A stretch of 64,000 nucleotides of DNA, taken from assembly GCA_039189765.1 (NCBI GenBank), contig JBCCYL010000006.1, forward strand, positions 1-64,000. The letters are read 5' to 3'. Below the pieces are notes generated by a model. That model saw only the letters and a program-made list of their open reading frames with translations. It ran no database searches and was not told the origin of the DNA. Made by a program: the position numbers and the translations under genes. Shown in pieces: positions 62,453-64,000 of this stretch (its first letter is position 1; each line of letters opens with the position of its first letter). Source of the DNA: Cyanobacteria bacterium P01_F01_bin.150. GTDB lineage: Bacteria > Cyanobacteriota > Cyanobacteriia > CAKZMO01.

Positions 62453-63213
62453 TAATTCACTGTGTTAGTCGTTGTGTGCGATCGCCCACGCGGACCTCGG
62501 CGAGTGGTCGTTACTTCTCCCTCACTGGCGGTGGTTGTGGTGGTATGAGCGCGCCCACCAGGACCTCGGCGAGTAGTCGTTACCTCACCCTCACTGGCAG
62601 TAGTCGTAGTTGTATATTCATTGCCATTCGGATCGGTACGAGTAGTTGTTACCTCACCATCACTAGCAGTGGTCGTAGTGGTGACATCATTGCCATTGGG
62701 ATCGGTACGAGTGGTGGTTACCTGACCATCGCTTGCAGTGGTCGTGGTCGTATGGTCGTTGCCATTCGGATCGGTACGAGTAGTTGTTACCTCACCATCG
62801 CTAGCAGTGGTCGTAGTGGTGACATCATTGCCATTGGGATCGGTCCGAGTGGTGGTGACTTCACCATCACTGGCGGTGGTCGTCGTTGAGTGAGAACGGC
62901 CCCTGGGACCATTACGGGTAGTCGTTACCGCACCATCACTGGCGGTGGTCGTAGTGGTGACATCATTGCCATTCGGATCGGTACGAGTGGTAGTTACTTC
63001 ACCCTCACTGGCGGTGGTCGTCGTTGAGTGAGAACGGCCCCTGGGACCGTTACGGGTAGTTGTTACTTCACCATCGTTGACAGTGGTAGTGGTTGCGTGA
63101 GAACGTCCGTTGGGACCGTTACGGGTGGTGGTGAGTTGTGCGGAGGCGGGGCCACCTGTACTGAGAATGGCCAATCCAAGGGCGCAGGAAAGACTAAGAA
63201 TTGATTTACGCAT
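62452..63213 (-). CDS. Secreted Thr-rich protein made of ten 23-aa repeats
   Basis: RBS aagga; signal peptide MRKSILSLSCALGLAILSTGGPASA; repeats TTTR(NGPRGRSH|TDPNGNDV)xTTTTAS(D/E)GEV. Confidence 0.85.
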   Translation of the reverse strand: MRKSILSLSCALGLAILSTGGPASAQLTTTRNGPNGRSHATTTTVNDGEVTTTRNGPRGRSHSTTTTASEGEVTTTRTDPNGNDVTTTTTASDGAVTTTRNGPRGRSHSTTTTASDGEVTTTRTDPNGNDVTTTTTASDGEVTTTRTDPNGNDHTTTTTASDGQVTTTRTDPNGNDVTTTTTASDGEVTTTRTDPNGNEYTTTTTASEGEVTTTRRGPGGRAHTTTTTASEGEVTTTRRGPRGRSHTTTNTVN

Positions 63214-63604
63214 TATGCATTCCTTGTTCGTTGTATGTGTGACTAAAGGATAAAAACTTAGATGCCCCTTTTGGTTGATGTCTATACGATAGGGGCTATG
63301 TTGGCGATCGCAGTAGAGGACAATGTCCTGACCTTGGGGGACTTTAGTCCCAGGATTTCTGGCTCGTTTTTTGCCGTAGCGATTGAAATTGCGGCTAGGC
63401 GAACGAAGTCCACCTGCATGGACTAGCAGATGGTGAATTGTCACACACCTTACGAAAAGATGCCTACTTCATGTTGAATGATACAGTAGGTCTATATTCG
63501 TTACTCCAACAATCAAGAATGGTTACCCAGAAACTAATCCATATGAAACTGAATAAAATTCCAAACGATGTCACCGAATTTTAAGTGTGGACAGGCCATT
63601 GTGA

Positions 63605-63949
63605 ATGTCTAACGAGTCATCCGTCGATCCTAAATTTCAAGAACAGTTTCAACGCTACACTGAAACTGAGCGAGCTGAGATTCAGCAATATCTTTTAGAA
63701 TGGGATGCGGGTACCTATGAGAGTGTGACACAAAGTGTTACCGATCATGCCCAGAGGAAAGGGTTTGACGTTCTCAAGTATTTACGTAAAGCTCATAATT
63801 TTTCCAAGAGGGGAGCTAGAAGGATCCCTAAATCAGGATATCGATCAGATGTGTCTGCGGTTTATCGAAAAGGCAACGAATTTTTGATTGTACGGATTGA
63901 TCAGAGCGGCGTTGAGAAAATTGTGACCTATGGAGTAAATGAGGGATAG
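63605..63949 (+). CDS. Hypothetical protein, possibly an RNase-type toxin
   Basis: Clean 114-aa ORF. The basic pattern W..GTY....S..DH..RKG....YLRKA.NF...KIVTYG is reminiscent of small RNase toxin domains. Another ATG follows at 63955. Confidence 0.55.
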   Translation: MSNESSVDPKFQEQFQRYTETERAEIQQYLLEWDAGTYESVTQSVTDHAQRKGFDVLKYLRKAHNFSKRGARRIPKSGYRSDVSAVYRKGNEFLIVRIDQSGVEKIVTYGVNEG

Positions 63950-63954
63950 TCAAA

Positions 63955-64000
63955 ATGGCACAATCAGGATATTTGGCTCTTCAACGAGATTACATTACTC
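63955..64000 (+). CDS. Start of a downstream gene, truncated by the window edge
   Basis: ATG GCA CAA TCA GGA TAT... begins 5 bp after the previous stop, is preceded by gaggg, and is open to the end of the window. Confidence 0.45.
   Translation, partial: MAQSGYLALQRDYIT

Noticed and set aside
63214..63444. Riboswitch or 77-aa extension upstream of the Thr-rich gene
   Set aside because: I recognised no riboswitch consensus. The region holds short repeat-like palindromic fragments (gggactaaagtccc), and the RBS plus signal peptide favour the start at 63213.

Overview
This is a cyanobacterial chromosomal window: the HIP1 octamer GCGATCGC is frequent and the gene families are typical of cyanobacteria. 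It is an accessory region of extracellular proteins and signalling genes. I saw no rRNA, tRNA, CRISPR array, integrase or transposase. In order it carries: a 5'-truncated CBM2-CBM2-GH9 glucanase; a SARP/BTAD-NB-ARC-WD40 STAND protein with a near-identical-repeat WD40 neighbour; a repeat-flanked xisH/xisI + antitoxin-like/HNH cassette; an MGS-like/lipid kinase fusion; two giant Ser/Thr kinase-ATPase-GAF proteins, each beside an HTH-bearing partner; a frameshifted RTX protein; a stand-alone DUF4347; an FHA(TPS)-TPR-CHAT fusion; two FG-GAP/RTX paralogs; a CHASE2 kinase and DUF928; a five-gene two-component/EAL cluster; a CHRD-spondin-RTX protein; a secreted Thr-rich repeat protein; and a possible toxin gene. 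The best candidates for something new are: (1) a kinase-AAA_35 / HTH-AAA_35 pair that mirrors a kinase-HisKA / HTH-REC pair in the same window, suggesting ATPase-ATPase coupling in place of a phosphorelay; (2) a promoter motif (CYGAC boxes with GATAGTG exactly 38 bp after the last box) shared by three extracellular-protein genes; (3) a secreted FHA-CHAT fusion tail-to-tail with a lone DUF4347; (4) HIP1 triads with a ~29-bp period around a cassette that left scars elsewhere in the window. All domain calls come from motif recognition by eye, not database searches.
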